Source: Eledone cirrhosa
Taxonomy: Eukaryota
DNA length: 64,000 bases
Reading direction: 5' to 3'
Assembly: GCA_964016885.1 (NCBI GenBank)
Contig: OZ024742.1
Coordinates: forward strand, 18,786,001 to 18,850,000
The position numbers were made by a program, and so were the translations under genes. The notes under the pieces were generated by a model. The model did no database searches, was not told where the DNA came from, and was given only the letters and a program-made list of their open reading frames with translations. Shown in pieces: positions 13,505 through 26,144 of the stretch. Every line of letters starts with the position of its first letter. The stretch's first letter is position 1.

Positions 13505-13929
13505 TATAAAATATTAAAAAAATAATGAATAAAACAATGAAACAGTTCCTTATATTAAACAAAAAAAGTTCATTATTTAACGATCGTTTCTAGGATATAT
13601 ATGTGTTAGAATTGGCATGCATATTCAACAGATCTATGTACAAAATTATACAAAATTATACAAACTATCAAAATTAAATATACATACCAAACACATATAT
13701 ATGCCGTCTTCAGAAATAATCAAAATTTTTGTTTAAAATTTTTGTTTAATATAAGGAACTGTTTCATTGTTTTATTCATTATTTTTTTAATATTTTATCT
13801 TGACTCTGTATTCCGTTTATCTTTCACCGAAAGTGATTTTTCATTGCATCTCTTCTTTCCATGATATCCGGATTACATTGAGTTCTTCATACGGATTGGA
13901 CACTACCGTAAACTCTTGGTAGATTTATC

Positions 13930-13932
<3 letters not shown>
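13505..13932. mobile_element. (TA)n-flanked non-autonomous Penelope-type element with about 58-bp inverted repeat
   Basis: 13505-13565 is the reverse complement of 13740-13798. A hammerhead lies between the arms. Confidence 0.7.
13569..13723 (-). ncRNA. Type I hammerhead ribozyme with extended stem II
   Basis: Minus strand GATTATTT-CTGAAGA-..ATATATATGTGTT..AACACATATATAT..-GAAAC gatc GTT-AAATAAT. Palindromic stem III loop. Confidence 0.7.
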
Positions 13933-14002
<70 letters not shown>

Positions 14003-14009
<7 letters not shown>

Positions 14010-14555
14010 TATGTACACGTACATACATATATGTATACAGACGTACAGTAGTATGTATATATTTATACATACATGCACACATAGTACGGCTGTTACTTAA
14101 CTATGTATGAAATTTCGTTTCATTTTTTCCGTTTATCGTTTTCGGTGCACCCGGCCGATTAACCCACTCGATATGCAAATTGGGCTACTCAGCCGTTAAT
14201 ATGCATAAGGTAAGTATATACGTTCAACAATCTGGCAGGAAGGTATACGTTGCTGGCGATAGCTAATAAGCTTGAAACTAGTACAGCGTTCCTTTGTCAG
14301 TGTTGAACAAAGGAGCAATGATGGTTGCTAGACACTACGGCTTAATACGGGATGTTTGTTTACAAACACACCGAGCATTATAATAAATGTTCGGTGAATC
14401 CATACGTATATATATATATGTGTGCATGTATGTATATATATATACATACTACTGTACGTCTGTATACATATATGTATGTACGTGTACATACTTATATTTA
14501 AGTAACAGCCGTACTAAGAGTGGGAAATGAAATTTCGTTCCATTTTTTCCGTTTA
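14003..14555. repeat. (TA)n-flanked fold-back element with mixed inverted and direct repeats
   Basis: 14003-14060 inverted at about 14437-14498. AGTACGGCTGTTACTTAA inverted at about 14498-14516. ATGAAATTTCGTT..TTTTTTCCGTTTAT is direct at about 14107 and 14527. Confidence 0.65.
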
Positions 14556-14562
14556 TATATAT

Positions 14563-14675
<113 letters not shown>

Positions 14676-14872
14676 CATATATATATACACACACACACAC
14701 ACATATATATATATATTTATATATATATATATATATATATGGAAAGTTATATTTAAATTGTTGGGTTAACAACGAGTAAATATTTATAACTGATATAAAA
14801 GCACTCAACAAGTATTTGGAGTATATTTATGATATTAAATAAATGGAAACTATATTTATAAAACCATATTTA

Positions 14873-14934
14873 TTTCGTTATATATATTTCAGGGATATCA
14901 TATTAACAATATGTTATGCCATCTTCAGACAAAA
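14873..14934 (-). ncRNA. Type I hammerhead ribozyme in (TA)n-flanked insert 14741-14997
   Basis: Minus strand TTTGT-CTGAAGA-stem II (ATAACATATT/AATATGATAT)-GAAAT atat ATA-ACGAA. Confidence 0.65.
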
Positions 14935-14998
14935 TACAATATAAACAGTCTTATAAATAAATAGATACGACATACCTTTCAATCACCTTGCATTTGTG

Positions 14999-15085
<87 letters not shown>

Positions 15086-15126
15086 TCTCTCTCTCTCTCT
15101 CTCTCTCTCCACACACATACACACAT

Positions 15127-15159
<33 letters not shown>

Positions 15160-15464
15160 ACTTCGTTTTTGGAAAACAAGATGGTGTAGGGTAGAACAAA
15201 GGAGAGACACAAAAGTAAAACCCAGTCAATGGGGAGGTCACAGAATGTGTGACGAAAGAGCTTTGACAATATATAAACAACCATTCGGTTATCGAACCAA
15301 CCAACCAACCAACGGGAAATTTATAATATATTGAAGTGAAAACCAACAGGTGCGTGTGTTTTTATTGACATCATGATCCCCTCAAAGTATAACAGTATAT
15401 ATATATATATATATATATAAATATAAATATAAATATATATAAATATATATATATATATATCGTT

Positions 15465-15548
<84 letters not shown>

Positions 15549-15565
15549 CGGGAGAGAGTGAGAGT

Positions 15566-15605
<40 letters not shown>

Positions 15606-16087
15606 GAGGGGGGGAGAAATACATATATACAGCAATGGATGAAGTGAAAACAGTATTAATCCTTCAAGATTTATTAACTTAACAAATATTTCAACAAAAT
15701 CCCAAAGTTAATGTTTGCATTTAGAGATTATTTCTGGATATAAATTACTTTTGAATTGCTATCATTGCATTTATAATATTTTTGACATATTTTTGAGGCT
15801 AGGATTAATAATATCTCATATCAATATCAAGACCTTGAGAGAGGATTTTATTGAATATGTCAATACATAATACAATACAAGATTTTTTTTTAATTGATTG
15901 GTTTAGAGAGAAGACAGTGGCTGTGGCCGTGACCTTGGAACATCTGAGATCGATAAATCGATAATGTTTATGTTCGTGTTGAACAGCTACGTGTCGACGA
16001 CTGCAGAACATATATGGGTTGGGTGAACCTCCATGTATGTATGTATGTATGTATGTATGTATGTATGTATGTATGTATGTATGTATG

Positions 16088-17902
16088 TATGTATGTATGT
16101 ATGTATGTTCTTCTGGTTTTATAATTTCACAAAGTTTTACCAAGAGAGAGAGAGTCGGTTTCTAACATAGACACAAGACTCTCTCATTGGAATTAACACA
16201 ACATCAACTAGGTAGATATGTATGCATGCATGTGTAGATATGGATGTTATTGTATGTGTGGATGTGTATGTTTTGAGTTGTATGTGTGCATGTGTATATG
16301 CTTTGTATCTGTACGTGTGTATATGCAGTTATTAGATGCAACATTTTTGGAATGTTTTACATATTTTTACTGTTCCATTAATGGATTGTACTTTTAATTT
16401 CCTAACTAGTTGTGTTCTTTCTGTTCCTGTGAAGCCTAGCTTCTCAAGATTTGTATTGAGGCAGTTACTAACATATCCCAGTGCCCCAATAAGCACAGGC
16501 ATAAATCTGAAGGTGTAATCAGGGTGGAGTATCTGCAGATTTCTCATCAGTTCTGCATAAATATTCTCCTTTTCACTAATCTTTGATATTATATTGGAAT
16601 CTGCTGGGCAGCTAATTTCCACTACTGTGCATGTTTCTTCTCCCTGTCCCATATCATATCTGGTCTGTTATGCCTGCATTTTATTGGGGTTTTTACTGGA
16701 ACATTCCACCAGTACTCTTTCATATTAAGTACATGGATGTCTTCCACATTGTTGTAGCTTTTAATGTGTTTATTATCGGGGCTATCTTTTTTACGAACTG
16801 CATCGTACAGTGTTTTGGCCACTACATCATGCCTCATAGGTAGAGAGTACCGCGATGACATCTTTGGGCAGCTGCTGATGACATGGGTGATATCCTCTAT
16901 GTTAGTTCTGCAGAGTATGCACTTGTTATCACATCTAGGTGTTTTACCTGCATCCCTATCTCTTTTGTGAATCAGGTATTTCGTGCTAATATCCTGTTCT
17001 TGGATTGCAAAAGCGTATCTTTCAAAGTGGGAGCCAATATAGCAGTTGTTGGTCCAAGATAGACTACTTTCCTTATCTATATTACTCTCACTCTGGAGCT
17101 TCCTGGCAACATATCCATGCATGATTTTTTGCTGATAGGTATGCAGTTTTTCATCCATGGATTCACTGCGATACTGCTGAGCGACATCCCTGGGTGTGAG
17201 GTTTTGATTATCACACAGGGAATATCTCTCAAGGAGTTCTTTCCCAACTCTCATGATCTTATCTGTTTCATGCAGATAGACTTGCTCGAGAAGCGGGCTC
17301 CTACGCTTCGAGGTTCGTAGATGTTGTCGGAGAGATATGATGCGACATTCAAATGTTGTCTGGAGTGATGTTAGGCCTCTGCCTCCCTGCTTACGTTTCA
17401 AGTAAAGGCGGTCTATGTCACTGTTGATGTGGAAGTTTCCGGTGTTGTTCAGTATTTTTCGAGTTCCAACATCAACTGCTCGGATTTCGTCTATCGTCCA
17501 ATTGAGTATTCCAAACGTTGGTGTTAGGATAAGCACAGCAAACACATTGTGAGCCACTGTTTTGTTTTGCGCAGAGAGTTCCGATGACCAGATCTTTCTT
17601 AATCGGGTGTAGTATTCCCTGGTTACGCGTTCTTTATTACAGATACCATTATAGGATATGTTCTCATCTATCCCCAGATATCTGTAGCAGTCCTCATAAG
17701 ATATCGGTGAAACAGTTAGACCATTGATGACAATGTTGCTAGATTGGGTTGTTGTTTTTCCCCGCTTTACAGTCATGTATGAGCATTTATCCTGGCCAAA
17801 CTCCATTCCTATATCCTTTGAGAACGTTGTAACCAAGTCAAGATTTTTCTTCATCCCATCCATGTTCTTGGCATAGAGTTTCAGATCGTCCACAAAGAAG
17901 TT
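16088..17902 (-). mobile_element. 5'-truncated R4/Dong-like non-LTR retrotransposon (RT + RLE) inserted in (TATG)n
   Basis: [11 protein letters not shown] motif, GGRGL, CCHC (CILC..H..SSC), RHD, NRPD..VEISCP..K..Y restriction-like endonuclease. (TATG)n on both sides (16033-16087, 17903-17979). Confidence 0.9.
16332..17902 (-). pseudogene. RT-zinc knuckle-RLE polyprotein C-terminal half, frameshift near 16636
   Basis: ORFs 16622-18004 and 16332-16652 join across WDREKK/TCTVVEISCP. The N-terminal HTYI run is microsatellite. Confidence 0.85.
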
Positions 17903-17979
17903 ATGTATGTATGTATGTATGTATGTATGTATGTATGTATGTATGTATGTATGTATGTATGTATGTATGTATGTATGTA

Positions 17980-18330
17980 TTATGAACTCACAAAATCCAT
18001 ACATTTATATACTCAGGCCAAGTGTCTATATATGGACCCACAAGAAGTATGCCTCTATATATGCAGACCCAGTTAGTATATATGAAACAATTACGCATAT
18101 ATCTCTACATATGACGGCCCGGTCTGTAGATGTGAACAAACAAGAGGTATTTCTCCATATATCTAAGTTCAGCTAGCATATATGAACCGACAAAATATAT
18201 AAATCTATATATCCCGAGTGAGTTTATATAAATGAATAAATAAGATATATACCTTTATATATCTCGAGTCTGCATATATAAACCAATAATTTGTAAACTA
18301 TATATTCTGATCCAATCTTTAGATATAAAT
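17980..18330. repeat. Highly diverged 50-bp tandem repeat (about 7 units)
   Basis: Units starting 18006, 18056, 18106, 18156, 18206 share TATATAT at position 1 and ATGAA at about position 27. Confidence 0.6.
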
Positions 18331-19099
18331 ATCTGTATAACTAAGCTAAAGAAACATACTCATACCTGTTATTCTCTTTGTCGGTACTGTCTCTCATTGT
18401 GGACGCAGCCAAGCCGAATGGTTAAACATTTCATTTCACAATCATTAGGACTTGCTTTTGACCCCATTGTTTAACACCCCATTGTGTACTCATGACTTAC
18501 TTTCATGAGCTGGATGTTCCACCGATCGAACAACTATAAGACTTAAAATCGAAGCCGATAACAGTCTATCATTTGTCTCCGTCTCTCTCTTTCTCTCCCA
18601 TGCTCACTCTCTCGCCGTATATCTCTCACCGAAAAATCATTATTTCTAACAACTGCTAGTTCTCTTCTAGTCTATAACCAACAATTTACTGTAGATACTG
18701 AATTACCTGACAGAATATATCATTATCTTGTTTCATATGATACACCTGTCAACGAATTAGATGATTATTGCTACCACCTTAACTGTTAAATAAATGAACT
18801 GTTTCATGTTCTTTCTGAGGTGTTATTAGGGGAATGATCATAATTACGAGAATGATCATGATTAAAAATCGAACTACTGAAGGAATATGCGTTGTCATAT
18901 GCATTCTTTCCTTGGGGTTATTAACAGAGGAATGCTTGTGACTTGGGAAACACAGACACGTTTAAACTGGGGATCACAATTTAGGCTACAGCTCTGACCA
19001 CATACACACAAACACATACAAAAACACAGATCTATACATACATAGCGGCGATGTATTTGTTTTGCAAGATTTTTGATATGAAATCCTTTGTTGAAAGCG

Positions 19100-19331
19100 A
19101 TATTGTTATATTTGGTGTCCTAATATTACCAAAAAAATAGTAAAACACACTCAGTTTGGTCAATCAATGATAAACATTGATTGCCAGCTAAACTATTTAT
19201 GGGAGTATAAAAAGAAATATACTAAAATAAAATACATTGAAACTGAAGCGAAAACCAAACCAAACAGTGAGTGTGTTTTACTATTTTTTGGTAATATTAG
19301 GACAACATGACCTTCCCCAAATATGACAATA
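19100..19331. repeat. Fold-back/MITE-like element with about 38-bp inverted repeats
   Basis: TGTCCTAATATTACCAAAAAAATAGTAAAACACACTCA versus TGAGTGTGTTTTACTATTTTTTGGTAATATTAGGACA. Outer ATATTGTTATATTTGG pairs with CCAAATATGACAATAT. Confidence 0.75.
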
Positions 19332-20329
19332 TATATACATGGTTTTGATTTTGTACGTAACTATGCCTGTGTATACTTCTCTGGTTATTTTTAAGAGGCG
19401 AAAAGCCAATAATTTAGCTGTTTGGAATGAAGTTTCCTTTAAATAGAAAAAGAAAGGAAACTAAAAACACCATAATGTTAACATGTCATCGTATCTGAGT
19501 TTCATTCCTTACCAACTGATTGCAACAAATCACAGTCGAAAGTGTGTTTTATCAATAGCGACCGGAATCCAATATGTAAAGAAGTGGGTGAAATATCCTT
19601 CAATATAGTATTGAATGCCAAAACTGCCGTGTTATCGGAAAAACTTAGCTGCTTTAATCCATGAATTTTGCTGCAAGAATGCATAAATGGAATACAATGT
19701 AAAAGAATCATTAGTTTTATAAATCACAACCTAGAAATATAATTTGTTTTTCAAACGAAGTCTTAAAGAAAGTTGAATTAATCGCCAGTGATTCAAAAAC
19801 CATCTTAAAGTCGTGACAGCAGACTAGTTTAAATTGTTCTATTAAATATTACAAATATATTTGTTTTTGTCAAAGAACGGTGTTTAAAATTCTAGATCTA
19901 TATGTGGTTATATTAAATTGATTCACAGTTGTCTAGACGTCAATTAGAACAATGTTTTGAAATACATTTATACATTTGTATAAATCTTTATAAAACTCTT
20001 CATTATCGGCTTTCTTTAGTTAGTTTTTTTCTATTTTAGGAACATATCATAATTCATTACAGATTTCTGTTATTTTCATTACGTACAAAAGAGAATCACA
20101 GCTTCGAACTACATAAAGCCTATTTAAAACTAGGTAGTCTTCAGCACTGTAGCTTTAGTTACTTGATCAGTGACTATATTCCAATGTTTGAACATGCATA
20201 GAATTGAGAGAATAGTTAGTGTTGTAAGAAGTTACTTGCTGTGTATATTCCAACTCCTTGCATTGTGAGTTCAAGTCCAGTCGATGTAAAATCATCCTCA
20301 GTACTTGACTATTACTTTATGTTATCTAC

Positions 20330-21250
20330 TTCAGGAAGATTAAAGGTAAAACTGACCTTGGTGGGATTTGAACTCAGAATGTAAAAACACAGAACAAATA
20401 CCGCATTGACATTTATCCGACGCTCTAACAATTTTGTCAATCCACCACTCTCAATGTTAAGTATGGAATAATAATAATAATAATTGTTTCTACTTTTTGG
20501 CACAAGGCCAGCAATTACTCAGTGTATTACTGGTACTTTATTTTATCAACCCCATAAGGATGAAAGGCAAAGTTAACCTCGGCCGGATTCGAACTCAGAA
20601 TGGCAAGGGCCGTAACTCTATGCGTGAAAGCATGACGTCCGACCCTCTAATGATACTGCCAATCCATCGCCCTTAATAATAATAATAATTGTTTCTACCT
20701 TTGGCACAAGGCCAGCAATTACCCAGTGCATTACTGGTACTTTATTTTATCGACCCCGGAAGGATGAAAGGCAAAGTTAACCTCGGCGCGATTTGAACTC
20801 AAATCATAAAGGGGCGTAACTCTATGCTGCAAAGCATGGCGTCCGACCCTCTACCGATACTGCCAATCCACCGCCCTTAATAATAATGGTTTCTTATATA
20901 GGCACAAGGCCAGTAATTTGGGGGGAGAGGAAAGTCGATTAAATCGACCCCAGTGCGTGACTGGTACTTTATTTTATCGACCCCGAAAAGATGAAAGGCA
21001 AAGATAACCTTGGCGGGATTTGAACTCAGAATGGCAAGGACCATAGGTTACAGATTGAGGCACAATGCCAGCATTTTGGGGGGATGGGCAAGTCGATTAA
21101 ATCGACCTCAGTGCGTTACTGGTGCTTTATTTTATCAACCCCGTAAAGATGAAAGGCAAAGCTAACCTCAGCGGGATTTGAATTCAGAACGTAAAGAGCC
21201 ATAACTATATGCCACAAAGCTTGTTGTCCGACGCTTTACCAATACTGCTA
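20330..21250 (-). mobile_element. Tandem cluster of about 5 family A SINEs, several joined by (TAA)n
   Basis: Copies at about 20330-20450, 20483-20673, 20688-20878, 20888-21040, 21058-21250. Confidence 0.9.
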
Positions 21251-21811
21251 AGTAATAAAATACGAGCTACTAATAAAGTGCTGTCCTTTGGATATGCACC
21301 AGATGACCATGGCGATGACAACTTAAATGAATTAAAACAACTAATACTATTATCAGCATAGGACATTAAACATATATATGTAGCGTACTGTTAAAGGAAA
21401 CCGGTTATCTGAACATACAACAGCAGCTAGATACAATATCAAATATATAAAATTTGACTTTGCAATAAACGGTGACAGTTCAGTATTTCTTAATCTAAAC
21501 ATGATGCTCGCTATAATTAAACTAGATCCATATCACTGGGATAAAGAATCTAGCATATTCTTTTGATTATATAAATAATAGATGTCCTACATTCAAGAAT
21601 AGTATTGAGATAGAAGTAGTAGACAGTAAATTGTTTTTTTTTATATATATATATATAAAGATGAATGTTATTAGACAAGACTAGCATTTGCATTCATTTC
21701 AGAGAACAGCTTTCTTTCCTTTGTTGAGTTTTTATTCAGGAGTTTTCACTGGTCTACTTCGGTCTTTCATTTTATTCTTTATCAAATGCACGATTAGATA
21801 CCCACTATTTA

Positions 21812-21892
<81 letters not shown>

Positions 21893-22127
21893 AGTGCGTG
21901 TATGTGAGGTAGGTTCCCTTATTTATATATATGTGTCTGCGTTCTTGGCGTGTGCGTTCGAGTGTGCTCGCAAATATATCCGTATGTTCGCTCGTGGCAA
22001 CTGTGTGTTTATGTGTGCATGCATGAATGTGTGTGTGGGTGTGTGTGCGTTTACATTGATTACAAAGACCGGTTGGAATATCCATATATATCCATATATA
22101 TATATATGTATGTATATATACACATAC

Positions 22128-22210
<83 letters not shown>

Positions 22211-22734
22211 ATATGTTTCCATGAATTTATGTGCACATATATGTTTGTTATCCTAAATATGAACCTCTATACATACATACACACACACAGACATGCATAC
22301 ACACATACATTCATAAATGAATACATACATGGATACATGGATATATACCTGCATCCATAATTATACATGAATAGCTGCACATATATAAATTTATTTTTGT
22401 AGCTATCCATTGCATTACCAAAATATAAAATCAATATTCCCAGAAGAATGAAAAGAATCATTTAGAAGAACATAGAATATTCACCAAATAAATAAATTCA
22501 TGTTTTATTTTACATTCCCAATAAAAGCAAAAGATCCATTATTTACAGCATTTATATGTTAAAAATAGCTAGTTTCTGCCGATCTTAGAATTGAATGAAG
22601 TTTTGGTTTGTTTTCAGCAGAGTTTTGTTGGTAAAGAACTTTAACTTGTTTGCAGAATTGTTACGGGAGATTTTTACGGGCAAAACCAACCGTAGGTCCG
22701 TAGGTTGGCTACGAGCATGATGGTTTAGATAACA

Positions 22735-22946
22735 TTCATAACCTCAGATGATCTTGCTTGGAGATCCAACCGTGGAACTGGGTGGGACCGTCATGGGAGA
22801 CGTCAGGCCAGTTAGCTGTACTGTAACTTGCTCATAGCCGGACCGTGTCTTGGCTGGGATTTCACGACTGCTGGATGCCCTTCATAACTTCAGATGGTCT
22901 TGCTTGGAGATCCAGCCGTGGAGCTGGGTGGTACTATCATGGGAGA
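22735..22946. repeat. About 66-bp direct repeat, period about 146 bp
   Basis: TTCATAAC.TCAGATG.TCTTGCTTGGAGATCCA.CCGTGGA.CTGGGTGG..C..TCATGGGAGA twice. Confidence 0.75.
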
Positions 22947-23366
22947 GTCGATCCCAGTATGTTACTGGTACTTTATTTTATCGACCTTGTAAGGATAGAA
23001 GGCAAAGTTAACCTCGGCAAAATTTGAACTCAGAACGTAAAGTGACGTAACTCTATGCCGCAAAGCATGTTGTCCAACGTTGTACCGATACTATTAATCC
23101 ACCGCCCTAATGTATTGTAATAATATAATAGTATTATAAAATAGTATTATAATACCATTATAATGGTATTAAAAGGGCGGTAGATTGGCAGTATCAGTAG
23201 AGGGTCGGATGCCATGCTTTGCAGCATAGGGTTACGGTCCTTTATGAGCTGAGGTCAAATCCCGCCGAGGTTAACTTTGCTTTTTATCCTTACGGGGTCG
23301 ATAAAATAAAGTACCAGTAATGCACTGGGATAATTGCTGGCCTTGTGCCAAAAGTAGAAACAATTA
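22945..23366. mobile_element. Head-to-head pair of family A SINEs
   Basis: Minus copy 22945-23107 and plus copy 23175-23366 with an AT-rich spacer. Confidence 0.9.
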
Positions 23367-23524
23367 TATTAATGTTGAAAAAAACAACAAAACAATTATA
23401 GTGGCAATTTCCTGTCCCCTTTTCAACTGGGCCAGGAGTTCCAGGAGAGTCTATCCCTTCCATGAGAATTACTGCCGTAAATGATCGACTCAAGTAAAGC
23501 AGTGAATCTATTTCACTCTGTGAA

Positions 23525-23815
23525 GGACCGTAGTTTAGTTGTTAGGTTGTTCGGTTCACAATTGTAGGATTACAAGTTCGATATCCGGCGGCAAGTTGTG
23601 TCCTTGAGCAAGAAACTTCATTTCAAGTTGTTCTAATCTTCTCATCTGTCACATATTGTGTCATGCTAAATTTACTTGTGAACTACGTTAAGTAGTTAAG
23701 TGTACACGTGTCTGTGGAATGATCAGCCATTTGTCCCTTTATTTGACGACCAGGTCCTTCAATTGATCTATCAAATGGAAAAACCCACTATCGTTACCAA
23801 CCGACGGATGTCCAA
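23525..23815 (+). mobile_element. tRNA-derived SINE (family B)
   Basis: tRNA-like head, GTGTCCTTGAGCAAG core, tail ..TGTCTGTGGAAT..AACCGACGGA shared with 42613-42940 and 38865-38940 (reverse complement). Confidence 0.75.
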
Positions 23816-25611
23816 CACAACACACACATACACACACACACATACACACACACATATTTCATCTTACACATTGAATCTTGCGAACTAAGTAGTCATAATA
23901 TACAACCTGGTATAGATTGAATCTCCTTAACAAGTCAAAACTTTTAATTGTCCTCAACAATACCCACTACAGAGAACTGAGATAAGAATCAACGTGTAGC
24001 GAAAAATAAATGGATTTGATTGGTTGATCTATGAACATAGTCGGAGGAGGGGAAGAGAGAGAAATAGAGAAGGGTAAGTTAGAGTAACAGAGAAAGAGAA
24101 AGATGTGGTAGAGAGAGAGAGTGAGAGTGTTAGAGTGACAGAGAAAGAGGGAGATAGAGAGAGATGGAGGGAGTTAGAGTGACAGAGAAATATATATATA
24201 GAGAGAGAGAGAGTGAGGGAGAGAGGGAGAGAGTTAGAGTGACAGAGAAAAGAGAGAGAGAGATGGAGAGATTGAGAGTGTTAGAGTGATAGAGAAAGAG
24301 AGAGATGTTTGTACAGACTACCATACAACAACACCAATAAATGTGGTGTCTTCATATATTTGTTGTTCCAGTATGTCAGTCTACGTAAACCTCTCTCTCT
24401 CGCTCCTTTGTCTGTCTCTCTCTCTCTCTTCTCGCACCCCTCTCTCTCTCTTTCACCCCCTCTCTCTCGCTCTCTCCCTCTCTCTCTCCCCCTCGTATCC
24501 CCCCTCTCTCTCCCTCTCCCTCGTATCCCCCCTCTCTCTCCCTCCCCCTCTCTCCCCCCGTCTCTCACACCCTCTCTCTCGCCCCTCTGTCTCTCGCTCT
24601 CTCCCTCTCTCTACCCCCTTCTCCCCCACCCCACCCATCGCCCCATCCTCTCTCTTTCCTCCAAGTATGTTCACAGATTAACTAACCAAAACTTTTTATT
24701 TTCCTCGCGTGGTCTATTGGTCTATTTCAATTTCATTCACTTTGAATAACAGAAGTCAGAGCATTCGTCCGAATTCACTCATCTTACAATACGCCAAGAA
24801 AACATAATATGGAATCAGCAATGCAGCCTTGCATGCACTAAGGGGTGTATTGAAGAAACTCATAGCTGGGTGGCAGCAAAAAAATATATATATATTGGTA
24901 GAAACGAAAAACGAAATTCTGCGTAAATTTTAATCGTGAAGATTTGTGATAAGCTACTTATTACATTGAAGCACGCAATCTTTGGTAAATCTCGACTCTA
25001 AGCTGTAGCCCCATCCCCCACTCCAAGAAAAAAGGCACCAAGAAAACATGAGATAATGTTCATGTATATATTTTCGATAATAACGAATTTGCAAGTGAAA
25101 GACTGGGGCCTCTTATGTGTTTACTCAATCTGCTAGAAACAGAAATAAAATCTTCCCTCAAATGATTGTCTTTCAAAAACAATTCACATTAGACGATGGT
25201 GTCCTAGATATACAGTTTAGAAAAGACGAGATTGAAATGTTTAATCAGAGACAATAGGGGTCGGGTTTAATATTGGCCCTCACCACGGAGAAACGTTAGC
25301 GGAACACCGAGCCCCATTCATAAAATGGTGTTATTAAAGCAAACGTAACATTCACATAGGCAGTGATAAGAAGAGGTATGACATGTTTGGGTATTTGTGC
25401 TCACTAAAGGATCAGAAATTCTCACCCACTAAATTAGGAATCTCGTGTTTAAAAGCAATTAATTAGAATAGAGTTTCTAAACCGGTGATAAACCAAACAC
25501 CCATTCTAAGACTTATCAAAGCAGCAACCTAAATGTTAACAGAGAAATTTTCATCAAAAGAAATCCCGTTAAAAGGCAATTTTGATCGGGGATATATTCC
25601 ATATTCTATGC

Positions 25612-25889
25612 CAGTGGTTCTCAACCCTTTTTTGCCAACGGCACACTTTGGAACACATGAAAAAATAGCGGCACACCTGGCTAAATATATATGAAAGATA
25701 TTTGAATTTTACAAAATAAAAACATGGCAAGTCATAGACGGCATACAACCGTAGACATAGACTAGTCATAGACACATAGAATGACTCAAACTAAATAAAG
25801 AAAAACACAGCTATGAACTTACTTTATTGCAGTGTGCCGTTCTTAGTGTGCCGTTCAAAATTTTGCGGCACACTGGTTGAGAATCACTG
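25612..25889. mobile_element. hAT (Charlie-like) MITE with 8-bp TSD
   Basis: TIRs CAGTGGTTCTCAACC / GGTTGAGAATCACTG. Perfect TSD TTCTATGC at 25604-25611 and 25890-25897. Confidence 0.92.
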
Positions 25890-26144
25890 TTCTATGCTAT
25901 TGAAAACAAAACAAAACAAAAAGCCCCATAATTCTAATGCGTTCACCAAGTGTTTCAGGAGACCATACGTGATAAAAAAGTTAAATATATTATCAATCAT
26001 CTACTTTTGCTTCTCAAAATGTATCTGTGAATATGGAACAGAGTACAAAGAGATCTTTAAAAGATCCTTGCTATATTAATCTTCCATGACACATTCACAT
26101 CATCTCCTAATGTTATCACGTGTAGATTCCACATGTTCAATAAA

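Noticed and set aside
15225-15267. Plus-strand hammerhead (GTCA..GTCACA/TGTGAC-GAAAGAGCTT-TGAC)
   Set aside because: The stems fit but the core reads ATGGGGA instead of CTGANGA. At best a dead relic.
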